Source: Rhodoferax sp. (GTDB lineage: Bacteria; Pseudomonadota; Gammaproteobacteria; Burkholderiales; Burkholderiaceae_C). Taken from it: a stretch of DNA of 64,000 bases. The DNA lies in the NCBI RefSeq assembly GCF_018063565.1, contig NZ_JAGPBB010000008.1, positions 5,282-69,281 of the forward strand. The letters run 5' to 3'. Position 1 is the stretch's first letter. Each line of letters starts with the position of its first letter. The notes under the pieces are model-generated. The model had not been told where the DNA came from. It saw only the letters and a list, made by a program, of their open reading frames with translations, and made no database searches. The position numbers and the translations under genes are program-made. Shown in pieces: positions 38,364-48,059 of the stretch.

Positions 38364-39662
38364 TCAGGCGGCTTTCTCAGCGGCTTTGAGCGCACGCTTC
38401 AAGTCATCGATCAAGTCATCGGCATCCTCCAGCCCAATGCTCAGCCGGATCGTGCCCTGGGTGATGCCAGCTGCCACCAGCGCCGCGTCAGTCATACGGA
38501 AATGGGTGGTGCTGGCCGGGTGAATCACCAGGCTGCGGCAGTCGCCCACATTGGCCAGGTGGCTGAAGACTTTGAGGCTTTCCACAAACGCCTTGCCCTG
38601 CGTGCGACTGCCTTTCAGGTCAAAACTGAACACCGAGCCCGCACCGCGTGGCAACAGTTTCTGTGCCAGCGCATGGCTGGGGTGGTTTTCCAGCATCGGG
38701 TGGCCCACCCGCGCCACAAATGGCTGGCTCGTCAGGAACGTCACCACTTTCTGCGTGTTTTCCATGTGCCGTGCCATTCGCAGCGACAGCGTCTCCATGC
38801 CTTGCAAAATCAGCCAGGCCGAATGTGGGCTCAGGCAGGCACCAAAGTCGCGCAGGCCTTCGCGTCGCGCCCGCAGCAAGAACGCACCCACAGTGGACTC
38901 TTCCGAAAACACCATGTTGTGAAAGCCGTCGTAGGCTTGCGTCAGCTCGGGGAACCTGCCCGATGCGTCCCAGTCAAAGCTGCCACCGTCGATCACCAGC
39001 CCGCCAATCACCGTGCCGTGCCCACTCAAGAACTTGGTGGCCGAGTGGTAGATCAGGTCGGCACCGAGTTCAAACGGTTTGATCAGCCAGGGTGTGGTCA
39101 GGGTCGAGTCCACCAGCAGCGGCACGCCAGCGCCATGGGCGATTGCCGAGACCGTGGGAATGTCCAGCACGTCGAGCCCCGGGTTGCCCACCGTTTCGCC
39201 AAAAAACAGTCGGGTGTTGGGTCGCACGGCAGCTCGCCAGGCATCCATGTCACCGGGTTTGACAAAAGTGGTGTCGATGCCAAAGCGCTTGAGCGTGTAA
39301 TTCAACAGGTTTTGCGACCCACCATATAGCGCCGTACTCGCCACGATGTGGCTGCCTGCCCCCATCAATGTGGCGATGCTCAGGTGCAGCGCCGCCTGGC
39401 CACTTGCCACGCTGATGGCGCCAATGCCGCCCTCGAGTGCGGCGATGCGTTGCTCCAGCACCGCGTTGGTTGGGTTGCTGATGCGGCTGTAAACATGCCC
39501 GGCACGCTCCAGATTAAATAGCGCGGCGGCGTGATCGCTGGATTCGAACACAAACGAGGTGCTGAGGTGAATCGGCACCGCGCGCGCACCGGTGCTGGGG
39601 TCTGGGGCGCTGCCGGCGTGCAGTGCCAGGGTGTCAAAACCGGGGTCGGAGTAACCAGGCAT
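38364..39662 (-). CDS. metY: O-acetylhomoserine aminocarboxypropyltransferase / sulfhydrylase
   Basis: MPGYSDPGFDTLALHAG..YSRISNPTNAVLE.. and the PLP-lysine context YHSATKFLSGHG. The track start at 39770 adds an implausible leader. Confidence 0.9.
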   Translation of the reverse strand: MPGYSDPGFDTLALHAGSAPDPSTGARAVPIHLSTSFVFESSDHAAALFNLERAGHVYSRISNPTNAVLEQRIAALEGGIGAISVASGQAALHLSIATLMGAGSHIVASTALYGGSQNLLNYTLKRFGIDTTFVKPGDMDAWRAAVRPNTRLFFGETVGNPGLDVLDIPTVSAIAHGAGVPLLVDSTLTTPWLIKPFELGADLIYHSATKFLSGHGTVIGGLVIDGGSFDWDASGRFPELTQAYDGFHNMVFSEESTVGAFLLRARREGLRDFGACLSPHSAWLILQGMETLSLRMARHMENTQKVVTFLTSQPFVARVGHPMLENHPSHALAQKLLPRGAGSVFSFDLKGSRTQGKAFVESLKVFSHLANVGDCRSLVIHPASTTHFRMTDAALVAAGITQGTIRLSIGLEDADDLIDDLKRALKAAEKAA

Positions 39663-39830
39663 GGAAGTCCTCGGGTGGGCCAGTGAGCCGTTGGATAAAA
39701 AGTGGATTCTGCACGGCTTTGTTTGATTCAAACTAAAGGATCTGCAAATTCTGAAGGCAGAATGCACCATATCAGGGAGTAGTTATTGATGCGAACATTC
39801 ACCCATACCCGTCAGTAGTCAGCCGTTCAG

Positions 39831-42617
39831 ATGTCAAGCCACTGGATCGCGCAATTGGAAGGTTATCGCGGCTGGAAGCTGCGGCTTGCCATCGTGCTGG
39901 TGGCGGTGCTGCTGGCCGAGCTCATTGTGTCTGGCATGGGCTGGCTGCTCAAGGGTGAGGTCAGTTACGACTACCTGTTGACAGGACTGGTGGCAGCCAG
40001 CGTGGTGGCCCCGGTCACTTTGACGATGCTGACGCGCCTGCTTGATGAGCTGGCCATCAACCGGCAGCATGTGTTGCAGACCCATGCACGGGCGGAGTTC
40101 AACCTCAGCCTGGCCATCGACGCCGCCCAGATGGTGCTTTGGGAGCTTGACTTTGTGACCGGGCAGATTCGGGTTGACCGTAGCCGCCTGCCCTGGCTTG
40201 GTCTGGCAGCGGATACCCCGGTCAGCAACCTGCAACACTGGCTGGCCTTGCTCCACCCCGATGATCGCGCAACATTTGAAGCGCAGATGCGCCTGGCACG
40301 GCGCTCGATGGCAGGGGACTTTCGCCTGGAATACCGGATTGCCCATGCGCAGGGTGGCTGGAGTTGGGTTGTCACCCGGGGTCGGGCAGTGAGTCGGGAC
40401 CAGCATGGAGCAGTGTTGACCGCCACCGGCGGAAGTCTGAATATCACGCCGCGCAAGGAGGCAGAACTGGCTCTGCGCGCCAGTGAACAAAAGAGCCACG
40501 ACCTGAGTACGTTGTTGCGTCTGATCAGTGACAACGTGCCCGACATGATCTGGGCAAAGGACCTGCATAAACGCTATCTGTTTGCCAACAAGGCGATTTG
40601 TGACCAGTTGCTGTTTGCCGGCAGCACCGATGAGCCGCTTGGGCGCACCGACCTCGACTTTGCGCTGCGCGAGCGCAGCGCGCATCCGGACGATCCACAG
40701 TGGCACACCTTTGGTGAGCTGTGTCAGGACTCGGATACCTTGACTCTGGCCAACGGCAAAGCCTCGCAGTTTGACGAGTTTGGCAATGTGCGTGGCAAGT
40801 TCATGTTCCTGGATGTGCACAAGGCACCATTTGTGAATGATGCGGGTGAAGTCATTGGGGTGGTCGGCTCGGCACGCGACGTGACCGCACAAAAGGCGGC
40901 TGAAGACAAGTTGCGCCTGGCCTCACTGGTGCTGGAGAACAGCAGTGAGGCGATGATGGTCACCGACCCTGATAACGCCATTGTGGAAATCAACCCGGCC
41001 TTCACCCGTCTGACAGGCTACAGCCGCGACGAGGTGCTGGGCAAGAACCCCGCCATGCTGCACTCCGGGCGACAAACGGCGGCCTTCTACCGCGACATGT
41101 GGCACCAGATCGATGCCACCGGCCATTGGCAGGGCGAGTTGTGGAACCGGCGCAAGGATGGCAGTTGTTACGCGCAATGGCAAACCATCAGCACCATCCG
41201 GCACGGGGACGGTTCCGTGCAATGCCGGGTTGGCCTGTTTTCCGACATCACCGACAAAAAACTGGCCCAGGAGGTGATCTGGTCCCAGGCCAATTTTGAC
41301 CCGTTGACCAAGCTGCCCAATCGCAGCATGTTCCAAGATCGCTTGTCCCAGGAGCTCAAGAAAACGCAGCGTACCGGGCACAAGCTGGCGTTGCTGTTCA
41401 TCGATCTGGATAATTTCAAGGAGGTGAATGACACCTTGGGGCATGATGCCGGTGACCTGCTGCTGGTGGAGGCCGCCCAGCGCATTGCCAACTGCGTGCG
41501 TGACTCGGACACCGTGGCTCGTTTGGGCGGCGACGAGTTCACGGTGATCCTGTCGAGCATTGACGACCCGGGCCGGGTTGAGCTGATCGCCCAGAACATT
41601 CTTCAGTCGCTGTTGTGCCCCTGCGCGCTGGGGGACGAAGTGGTCAACATCTCGGCCAGCATTGGCATCGCCATGTACCCGGACGATGCGACCAGCCTGG
41701 AAGAGTTGCTCAAGGACGCTGACCGCGCCATGTATGCGGCCAAGAATGCCGGTCGCAACCGATTCAGTTACTACACCCAGGCCATGCAGGTATTCGCCCT
41801 GGAGCGGCAGCACATGCTTCATGATTTGCGGGGTGCTTTGCAAAACGGTCAATTGCAACTGCATTTTCAGCCGATCGTGGATTTGCGAAGTGGCAGGTTA
41901 CACAAAGTTGAAGCGCTGTTGCGCTGGTTGCATCCGCAGCGGGGGATGGTCAGCCCGAGCGAGTTCATCCCGCTGGCAGAAGAGTCCGGCTTGATCCACA
42001 GCATTGGCAACTGGGTCTTTGGTGAGGCCGCACGCCAGGCCAAACGGTGGCGTCAGCGCTATGGGCGCGCGTTCCAGATCAGCCTGAATGTGTCACCCAT
42101 GCAACTGTTACAGGCAGACGTGCACCGTATTGGCCCACGCAACCGGCTTGATGGCGGCGGCTTCAACAGCCAGTGTTTTGTCATTGAGATCAGCGAGAAG
42201 CTGTTGCAAAGCGAGGCGGCAGGGGTCAGTGAAAAGTTGCAGGAGTTTCGCGATGCCGGGGTGCAAGTGGCGATTGACGACTTTGGTGACGGCTATGCCT
42301 CGCTGTTTCAGCTGAAAAAGCGGCACATCGACTATTTCAAGATTGAAAAAACCTTTATCCAGCAACTTGCCAGTGGTGAGGGTGACAGGGCACTGGCCAC
42401 GGCGATTGTGGTGATGGCGCATCGTCTTGAGCTGAAGGTGATTGCCGAGGGCGTTGAAACCATCGAACAACACCAGCTCTTGCTGGCCATGGGTTGCGAC
42501 TTTGCCCAGGGGTTCTACTATGCCAAACCGCTGGCCGCCAACGAAGTCGAAACCTTGCTGGAGCAGGATTCGCTGCTGTGCCAGCCAGCACTTGATGGTG
42601 AGCACTGGGTTGTCTAG
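39831..42617 (+). CDS. Membrane-anchored PAS(x3)-GGDEF-EAL c-di-GMP signalling protein
   Basis: N-terminal TM helices and three PAS/PAC units. RDSD I-site plus RLGGDEF. EAL domain motifs (EALLRW, DDFGDGYAS, EGVE, QGFYYAKP). Confidence 0.9.
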   Translation: MSSHWIAQLEGYRGWKLRLAIVLVAVLLAELIVSGMGWLLKGEVSYDYLLTGLVAASVVAPVTLTMLTRLLDELAINRQHVLQTHARAEFNLSLAIDAAQMVLWELDFVTGQIRVDRSRLPWLGLAADTPVSNLQHWLALLHPDDRATFEAQMRLARRSMAGDFRLEYRIAHAQGGWSWVVTRGRAVSRDQHGAVLTATGGSLNITPRKEAELALRASEQKSHDLSTLLRLISDNVPDMIWAKDLHKRYLFANKAICDQLLFAGSTDEPLGRTDLDFALRERSAHPDDPQWHTFGELCQDSDTLTLANGKASQFDEFGNVRGKFMFLDVHKAPFVNDAGEVIGVVGSARDVTAQKAAEDKLRLASLVLENSSEAMMVTDPDNAIVEINPAFTRLTGYSRDEVLGKNPAMLHSGRQTAAFYRDMWHQIDATGHWQGELWNRRKDGSCYAQWQTISTIRHGDGSVQCRVGLFSDITDKKLAQEVIWSQANFDPLTKLPNRSMFQDRLSQELKKTQRTGHKLALLFIDLDNFKEVNDTLGHDAGDLLLVEAAQRIANCVRDSDTVARLGGDEFTVILSSIDDPGRVELIAQNILQSLLCPCALGDEVVNISASIGIAMYPDDATSLEELLKDADRAMYAAKNAGRNRFSYYTQAMQVFALERQHMLHDLRGALQNGQLQLHFQPIVDLRSGRLHKVEALLRWLHPQRGMVSPSEFIPLAEESGLIHSIGNWVFGEAARQAKRWRQRYGRAFQISLNVSPMQLLQADVHRIGPRNRLDGGGFNSQCFVIEISEKLLQSEAAGVSEKLQEFRDAGVQVAIDDFGDGYASLFQLKKRHIDYFKIEKTFIQQLASGEGDRALATAIVVMAHRLELKVIAEGVETIEQHQLLLAMGCDFAQGFYYAKPLAANEVETLLEQDSLLCQPALDGEHWVV

Positions 42618-42708
42618 TAACATCATCTTGACGGCGCCACCTTTGCCATTAAGATGAATGGGTCAGTCGCACCGTTTGCAATTGCTCCTATCGAACACGA
42701 GGAAATCC

Positions 42709-43173
42709 ATGAAAGTCAGTGATATTTTGCGCATCAAGGGCAGCACACTTTACACCGCCAACCCGGATGAATCCCTGATCAAGGCGCTTGGTCTGATGGC
42801 TGAGCGTGACATCGGCTCACTGGTGGTGATGGAGCATGGTGACCTGGTGGGTATGCTGACCGTGCGCGAACTCACCCAGGTGCTGGTCAAGATGGGGGGC
42901 AACATTGCCAGCACCATTGTGCGTACCGCCATGGACGATCACCCGCTGACCTGTACCATGGAGACCGACATGGACGAAGTGCGCCGCATGATGCTCGACC
43001 GCCACGCCCGCTACATGCCGGTGATGGACAAGCGCATGCTCATGGGCGTGATCAGTTTTCACGACGTGGCGCGGGCGGTGGTTGACAGCCAGAATTTTGA
43101 GAACAAGATGCTCAAGGCCTACATCCACGACTGGCCCGAGGGCGAAGCAAGCGATGGCGCGCCCACGCTCTAG
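42709..43173 (+). CDS. CBS-pair domain protein
   Basis: Two CBS repeats (MKVSDILRIKG..ERDIGSLVVMEHGDLVGMLTVREL ; ..ARYMPVMDKRMLMGVISFHDV). A GAGGAA RBS precedes the ATG at 42709. Confidence 0.8.
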   Translation: MKVSDILRIKGSTLYTANPDESLIKALGLMAERDIGSLVVMEHGDLVGMLTVRELTQVLVKMGGNIASTIVRTAMDDHPLTCTMETDMDEVRRMMLDRHARYMPVMDKRMLMGVISFHDVARAVVDSQNFENKMLKAYIHDWPEGEASDGAPTL

Positions 43174-43220
43174 TTGCTGCGCGCAGCGTGGCATTGACCG
43201 CTCTGGGATAATCGCCACCC

Positions 43221-44315
43221 ATGAGCGGAAACACCTTTGGAACCTTATTCACCGTCACCAATTTTGGTGAATCCCACGGCCCGGCCATTGGCTGCGTGAT
43301 AGACGGTTGTCCGCCCGGCATGGCGCTGTGCGAAGCCGACATCCAGGCCGATCTGGATCGTCGCAAACCCGGTCAGAACCGCTTTGTAACCCAGCGCAAG
43401 GAGCCCGATGAGGTCGAAATCCTCTCTGGCGTGTACCAGGGTACGACCACCGGTACGCCAATCTGTCTGTTGATCAGAAACACCGACCAGCGCAGCAAGG
43501 ACTATGGCGACATCGTGCAGACCTTTCGTCCAGGTCACGCCGATTACGCCTATTTTCAGAAATACGGCCTTCGTGACCCGCGTGGCGGTGGCCGCTCCAG
43601 CGCAAGGCTGACCGCGCCCTCGGTGGCTGCGGGTGCGGTGGCAAAGAAATGGTTGTTTGAGAAATTCGGAACCGTCTTTCGTGGCTGCATGACGCAGATT
43701 GGCAGCGTGCCGATTGGTTTCGAGTCCTGGGAGCATGTGCCCAACAATCCGTTTTTTGCCCCGGTGGCTGACGTGAGCACGCTGGAGGACTACATGAACA
43801 CGCTGCGCAAGCATGGCGACTCGTGTGGTGCGCGACTGCGCGTCAGTGCGTCCAACGTGCCCGTGGGTCTGGGCGAGCCGCTGTACGACAAGATGGACGC
43901 CGACATTGCCTACGCGATGATGGGCATCAACGCGGTCAAAGGGGTGGAAATTGGTGCCGGCTTTGCCTGTGTGGCGGCACTCGGCAGCACGCATGGCGAT
44001 GCGCTGACGCGCAACGGCTTCATCGGCAACAATGCGGGCGGCACGCTCGGGGGCATCACCTCCGGGCAAGACCTCGAGGTATCGGTGGCGGTCAAACCGA
44101 CCAGTTCGATTTTGATCCCGCGTGATTCCATCGATACCACCGGTCAGCCCACCGAAGTGGTCACCAAAGGCAGGCACGACCCCTGTGTGGGCATTCGTGC
44201 CACCCCGATTCTGGAGGCCATGCTGGCGCTGGTGGTGATGGACCATGCGCTGCGCCACCGGGCGCAGTGTGGCAATGTGCAGTCCGGCCTGGCACCCATT
44301 GCCGCGCAAGTCTGA
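43221..44315 (+). CDS. aroC: Chorismate synthase
   Basis: [50 protein letters not shown].. Confidence 0.96.
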   Translation: MSGNTFGTLFTVTNFGESHGPAIGCVIDGCPPGMALCEADIQADLDRRKPGQNRFVTQRKEPDEVEILSGVYQGTTTGTPICLLIRNTDQRSKDYGDIVQTFRPGHADYAYFQKYGLRDPRGGGRSSARLTAPSVAAGAVAKKWLFEKFGTVFRGCMTQIGSVPIGFESWEHVPNNPFFAPVADVSTLEDYMNTLRKHGDSCGARLRVSASNVPVGLGEPLYDKMDADIAYAMMGINAVKGVEIGAGFACVAALGSTHGDALTRNGFIGNNAGGTLGGITSGQDLEVSVAVKPTSSILIPRDSIDTTGQPTEVVTKGRHDPCVGIRATPILEAMLALVVMDHALRHRAQCGNVQSGLAPIAAQV

Positions 44316-44361
44316 ATTTCGTAAAAATGTGGTTCTAGCCAATATTCAGCATGCGCTGGAA

Positions 44362-44384
44362 GCTATCAAAAGTATTGTGATAGC
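44362..44384. repeat. Perfect 7-bp inverted repeat (GCTATCA-N9-TGATAGC) upstream of yegQ
   Basis: GCTATCAaaagtattgTGATAGC, preceded by ATGCGCTGGAAGC. It shares the GCTATC and GCGCT words with the other AT-rich intergenic elements. Confidence 0.4.
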
Positions 44385-44418
44385 GGATACGTGAAACCGC
44401 CAAACCAAGAGAGCGACC

Positions 44419-45789
44419 ATGAAAATCCCTGAGCTGCTAGCACCTGCCGGCTCGCTGGCCATGCTGCAAACCGCGCTGTCCTTTGGTGCCAACGCCATCT
44501 ATGCCGGCCAGCCACGCTACAGTCTGCGCGTGCGCAACAACGACTTTGGCGACATCGAGGTGCTCAAACAAGGCATCGACACCACCCATGCCAAAGGCGC
44601 GAAGTTTTTTCTGGTGAGCAATATCTTTCCGCACGGCAACAAGATCCGCCATTACATCGACAACATGGCACCGGTGATCGCCTTGAAGCCTGACGCCATG
44701 ATCATGTCCGACCCCGGTCTGATCATGATGGTGCGTGAGACATGGCCCGAGATGGAAATCCACTTGTCGGTACAGTCCAACACCGTCAACTCGGCGGCGG
44801 TGAAATTCTGGCAAAAGGTGGGGCTCAAACGCATCATCCTGTCGCGCGAGCTGTCGCTCGATCAGGTGGAAGAAATCCGCCAGGCCTGCCCCGACATGGA
44901 GCTTGAAGTATTTGTGCACGGCGCGCTGTGCATTGCCTACTCGGGGCGCTGCCTGCTCTCTGGCTATTTCAACCACCGCGACGCCAATCAAGGCAGCTGC
45001 ACCAACTCCTGCCGCTGGGACTACAAGACGCAAAAGGGTGTGGTCGATGCCTCGGGCGACGTGCTGACCCAGGCGGCCGCGCGTGAGCGCGAGCAGGACG
45101 CGATCGAACGCGCGCCCGAGGCCGATAAGGTTTACATGATTGAAGAAAGTCAGCGCGAAGGCAGTTACATGCCGATCGAAGAAGACGAGCACGGGACTTA
45201 TGTGATGAACAGCAAGGACCTGCGCGCGGTGGAACACATCAAGCGGCTGGTGGAGATCGGCGTGGATTCGCTCAAGATTGAGGGTCGCACCAAAAGCCCG
45301 TATTACGTCGCGCGCACGGTGCAGACGTATCGGCGCGCCATTGACGACGCGGTAGCCGGGCGCGAACTTGACCCGGCGCTGCTCGGGCAACTGGAAGGCC
45401 TGGCCAACCGGGGCTACACCAGCGGTTTTTTTCAACGCCACACGCCGGAGGCCACGCAGAATTATTTGCGCGGTTATTCCGAGTCCGGCCGCAGCCTGTA
45501 TGTGGGTGATGCGCTTGAATTCGATCCGCTGCGCGGACTGATGAAGGTCAATGTGCGCAACCGCTTTGCCGTGGGTGACTGGCTGGAGATCATCCAGCCT
45601 GGCGGCAATCAGGATGTGCGGTTGACGTCGATGGAAAATCTGGACGCCCAACCGATGACCGTGGCACCCGGTAGCGGCCACACGGTGTGGCTGCCCTTGC
45701 CTGAGAGCGCGGTGGGAGCGTTTGTGGCGCGCTACGTTAACCCGCCAGAGGTCGCTCACACATCGGGTGATGGTGTTTTAAGCCTCTAG
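44419..45789 (+). CDS. yegQ: Peptidase-U32-family protein YegQ (tRNA hydroxylation protein TrhP-like)
   Basis: Near-colinear with E. coli YegQ: PELLAPAGSL..YAGQPRYSLRVRNNDF..IMSDPGLIMMVRE..ILSRELSL..FVHGALCIAYSGRCLLSGYFNHRDANQGSCTNSCRW..EDEHGTYVMNSKDLRA..LKIEGRTKSPYY. Confidence 0.92.
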   Translation: MKIPELLAPAGSLAMLQTALSFGANAIYAGQPRYSLRVRNNDFGDIEVLKQGIDTTHAKGAKFFLVSNIFPHGNKIRHYIDNMAPVIALKPDAMIMSDPGLIMMVRETWPEMEIHLSVQSNTVNSAAVKFWQKVGLKRIILSRELSLDQVEEIRQACPDMELEVFVHGALCIAYSGRCLLSGYFNHRDANQGSCTNSCRWDYKTQKGVVDASGDVLTQAAAREREQDAIERAPEADKVYMIEESQREGSYMPIEEDEHGTYVMNSKDLRAVEHIKRLVEIGVDSLKIEGRTKSPYYVARTVQTYRRAIDDAVAGRELDPALLGQLEGLANRGYTSGFFQRHTPEATQNYLRGYSESGRSLYVGDALEFDPLRGLMKVNVRNRFAVGDWLEIIQPGGNQDVRLTSMENLDAQPMTVAPGSGHTVWLPLPESAVGAFVARYVNPPEVAHTSGDGVLSL

Positions 45790-45821
45790 CGATTATTTTA
45801 TATAGATAGATTGCTATTGAA

Positions 45822-46229
45822 ATGAATGTACTGAATGTCCTGCCAGACGAGGTGGAACTGAACGCCATCCGCGCCCAGGGGGCGGGCGGACAGAATGTCA
45901 ACAAGGTGTCCAGCGCCATTCATCTGCGGTTTGACATTGGCGCATCCAGTCTGCCCGATGATGTCAAGGCACGGCTGCTGGCCTTGCGCGACAGTCGCAT
46001 CACCCAGGATGGTGTGCTGGTGATCAAGGCGCAGAGTCACCGCACACAAGAGGCCAACAAGTTTGACGCGCTGGCGCGCCTGCATGAACTGGTCAACAGC
46101 GTGGCGCGTCCGCCCAAAATGCGTCGTCCGACTCATCCCACACAAGCCTCCAGGCGGCGCTTGCGTGACCATAAAGTCCAGCTTTCCCAGATCAAGACCC
46201 AGCGTGCCCGGGTGGGGTATGAGACCTGA
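45822..46229 (+). CDS. arfB: Alternative ribosome-rescue factor ArfB (peptidyl-tRNA hydrolase)
   Basis: AIRAQGAGGQNVNKVSSAIHLRFD (GGQ motif) and a basic C-terminal tail, colinear with E. coli YaeJ. Confidence 0.92.
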   Translation: MNVLNVLPDEVELNAIRAQGAGGQNVNKVSSAIHLRFDIGASSLPDDVKARLLALRDSRITQDGVLVIKAQSHRTQEANKFDALARLHELVNSVARPPKMRRPTHPTQASRRRLRDHKVQLSQIKTQRARVGYET

Positions 46230-46242
46230 ACCGGCGGCTGGC

Positions 46243-46527
46243 ATGTCGTTTCTGCGAATCGCCCAGATCGAGGGACATTTTTTTCGGCGTTACCCACGAT
46301 TGCTTCTGGCAGCGGCCGTGGTGGCGCTGATTCCGGCGCTTTATGTGCTGATTTATCTGTCCAGCGTGTGGGATCCGGCCGCCAAGACGGGTGCCTTGCC
46401 GGTGGCGATCGTCAATCTGGACAGCGGGGCGGCGTTGGCCGGCATTTTCGCTGCTGCCAAGGCCTGTTTTGTCGGGCACTGGCGTTTTGTCAAATCGTCG
46501 TTGTTGCGACCGTCGCTCGATTTGTAG
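46243..46527 (+). pseudogene. Remnant of a YhgE/Pip-type membrane protein (only ~62 N-terminal codons are recognisable)
   Basis: MSFLRIAQIEGHFFRRYPRLLLAAAVVALIPALYVLIYLSSVWDPAAKTGALPVAIVNLDSG matches the conserved YhgE/Pip N-terminus. Similarity is lost after ~46430 and the frame stops at 46527. Family members are several hundred aa long. Confidence 0.5.
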
Positions 46528-46610
46528 CGATGGTGAACGGTTTTCTGCGCCGGCCGCTGTTGGGCGGAGGGTGGTGGACCGGATAATCGAGTCAAGCAGA
46601 ACGGCGACCC

Positions 46611-48059
46611 ATGAATCCATACGACTTACGACACACTTTAGGGCTGATCATGGGTCATGTTTGGTGGTGCCGGTTGGCCTTGAGCCTGCTGTTGGCTCTG
46701 ATGCAACTGGCCCGCGTGGCGGTGGCAGCCCTGCCACTGGATGCTGCGCCGCTGGCGACACCCGTCAGCCGTGTGGTGACGTTTTGTGTTGACCCTGACT
46801 GGCCACCGTTTGAACAGATCGACGCGCAGGGTCAGCATGTCGGGATCGCGGCCGACCTGCTCAAGCTCGTGGCGCAGCGCAGCGGTCTGGCTTTGCAGCT
46901 GCTGCCGACCAAAGACTGGGACGATAGCCTGGCAGCCTCGCAGGCCGGGCGCTGCGAGGTGATGAGTTTTTTGAACCAGAGCCCCAAACGCGATGGCTGG
47001 CTGTTGTTCACCAACCCGGTGCTGGTCGATGAAAACGTGCTGATCACCCGCGAAGAGCACGGCTTTGTGTCGGATCTGTCCTCGCTGTCTGACGAAACCA
47101 TGGTGCTGCCCAAAGGCACCTCGGTGGAGGAGCGCCTGCGCCGCGACTACCCGAATCTGAACATTGTGCTGGTGGACAGCGAAGCGCAAGCCCTCAAGCT
47201 GGTTTCCGAACGCCAGGCCGACCTGACCATGCGCTCGCTGATTGTGGCGGCTGACACCATCAGGAATCAGGGCTGGTTCAACCTGAAGATTGCGGGCCAG
47301 GTGCCCAACTATGGCAATCAGCTGCGCATTGGGGTGGTCAAGTCGCAAGCTTCCTTGCTTGGGCTTCTGAACGCCGGTGTGGCAAGCATCACCCCGGTCG
47401 AGCGACAAAAAATCATTGACCAGCATATCGCCATCAAGGTGGTCAATCCGATCAACTACCGCTTGCTCGGTTGGCTGGCAGCGGTATGGTTCACAGCGAT
47501 GCTCACCAGCGCCTACTGGATCCGGCGCTTGCGCCGGGTTAACGCCGAGCTGCAGAAACTGTCACTGACCGATGCACTCACCGGTCTGCGCAATCGCACC
47601 GGTTTTGATGCCTTGTACCAGCATGAGCTGGCGCGCTCACGCCGTCAAAAGCAGGCGTTGTCGGTGGTGCTGGTGGACATCGATTTTTTCAAGCGCATCA
47701 ATGATGAGCTGGGGCACCCCGAGGGTGACCGGGTGCTGCAGGAAGTCGCCGCGCTGCTGCGCGAGACTGCCCGCGGCATTGACCACATCCTGCGCTGGGG
47801 TGGCGAAGAGTTCTTGCTGCTGTGCCCGGCCACCTCACCAGAGCAGGCACAGCGACTGGCCGAGCGGCTGGTGCAGGCGGCGCGGACGCGTGACTTCAGG
47901 ATCGGCCGTCCTTTGACACTCAGTGCGGGCGTGGCCACGTTGGAGTTGCACGACCAACCAGGCGATATGTTTGAGCAGGTGGATGGCGCGCTCTACCAGG
48001 CCAAAGCCCAGGGTCGCGACCGGGTGGTGGCGGCAAACCGACGCCAAGGGGACAACTGA
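46611..48059 (+). CDS. Periplasmic solute-binding (SBP_bac_3) domain - TM - GGDEF diguanylate cyclase
   Basis: Signal-like N-terminus and a family-3 SBP domain (FCVDPDWPPFEQIDAQGQHVGIAADLL..), then a TM helix. RGID I-site plus RWGGEEF. The start could be 46650. Confidence 0.85.
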   Translation: MNPYDLRHTLGLIMGHVWWCRLALSLLLALMQLARVAVAALPLDAAPLATPVSRVVTFCVDPDWPPFEQIDAQGQHVGIAADLLKLVAQRSGLALQLLPTKDWDDSLAASQAGRCEVMSFLNQSPKRDGWLLFTNPVLVDENVLITREEHGFVSDLSSLSDETMVLPKGTSVEERLRRDYPNLNIVLVDSEAQALKLVSERQADLTMRSLIVAADTIRNQGWFNLKIAGQVPNYGNQLRIGVVKSQASLLGLLNAGVASITPVERQKIIDQHIAIKVVNPINYRLLGWLAAVWFTAMLTSAYWIRRLRRVNAELQKLSLTDALTGLRNRTGFDALYQHELARSRRQKQALSVVLVDIDFFKRINDELGHPEGDRVLQEVAALLRETARGIDHILRWGGEEFLLLCPATSPEQAQRLAERLVQAARTRDFRIGRPLTLSAGVATLELHDQPGDMFEQVDGALYQAKAQGRDRVVAANRRQGDN

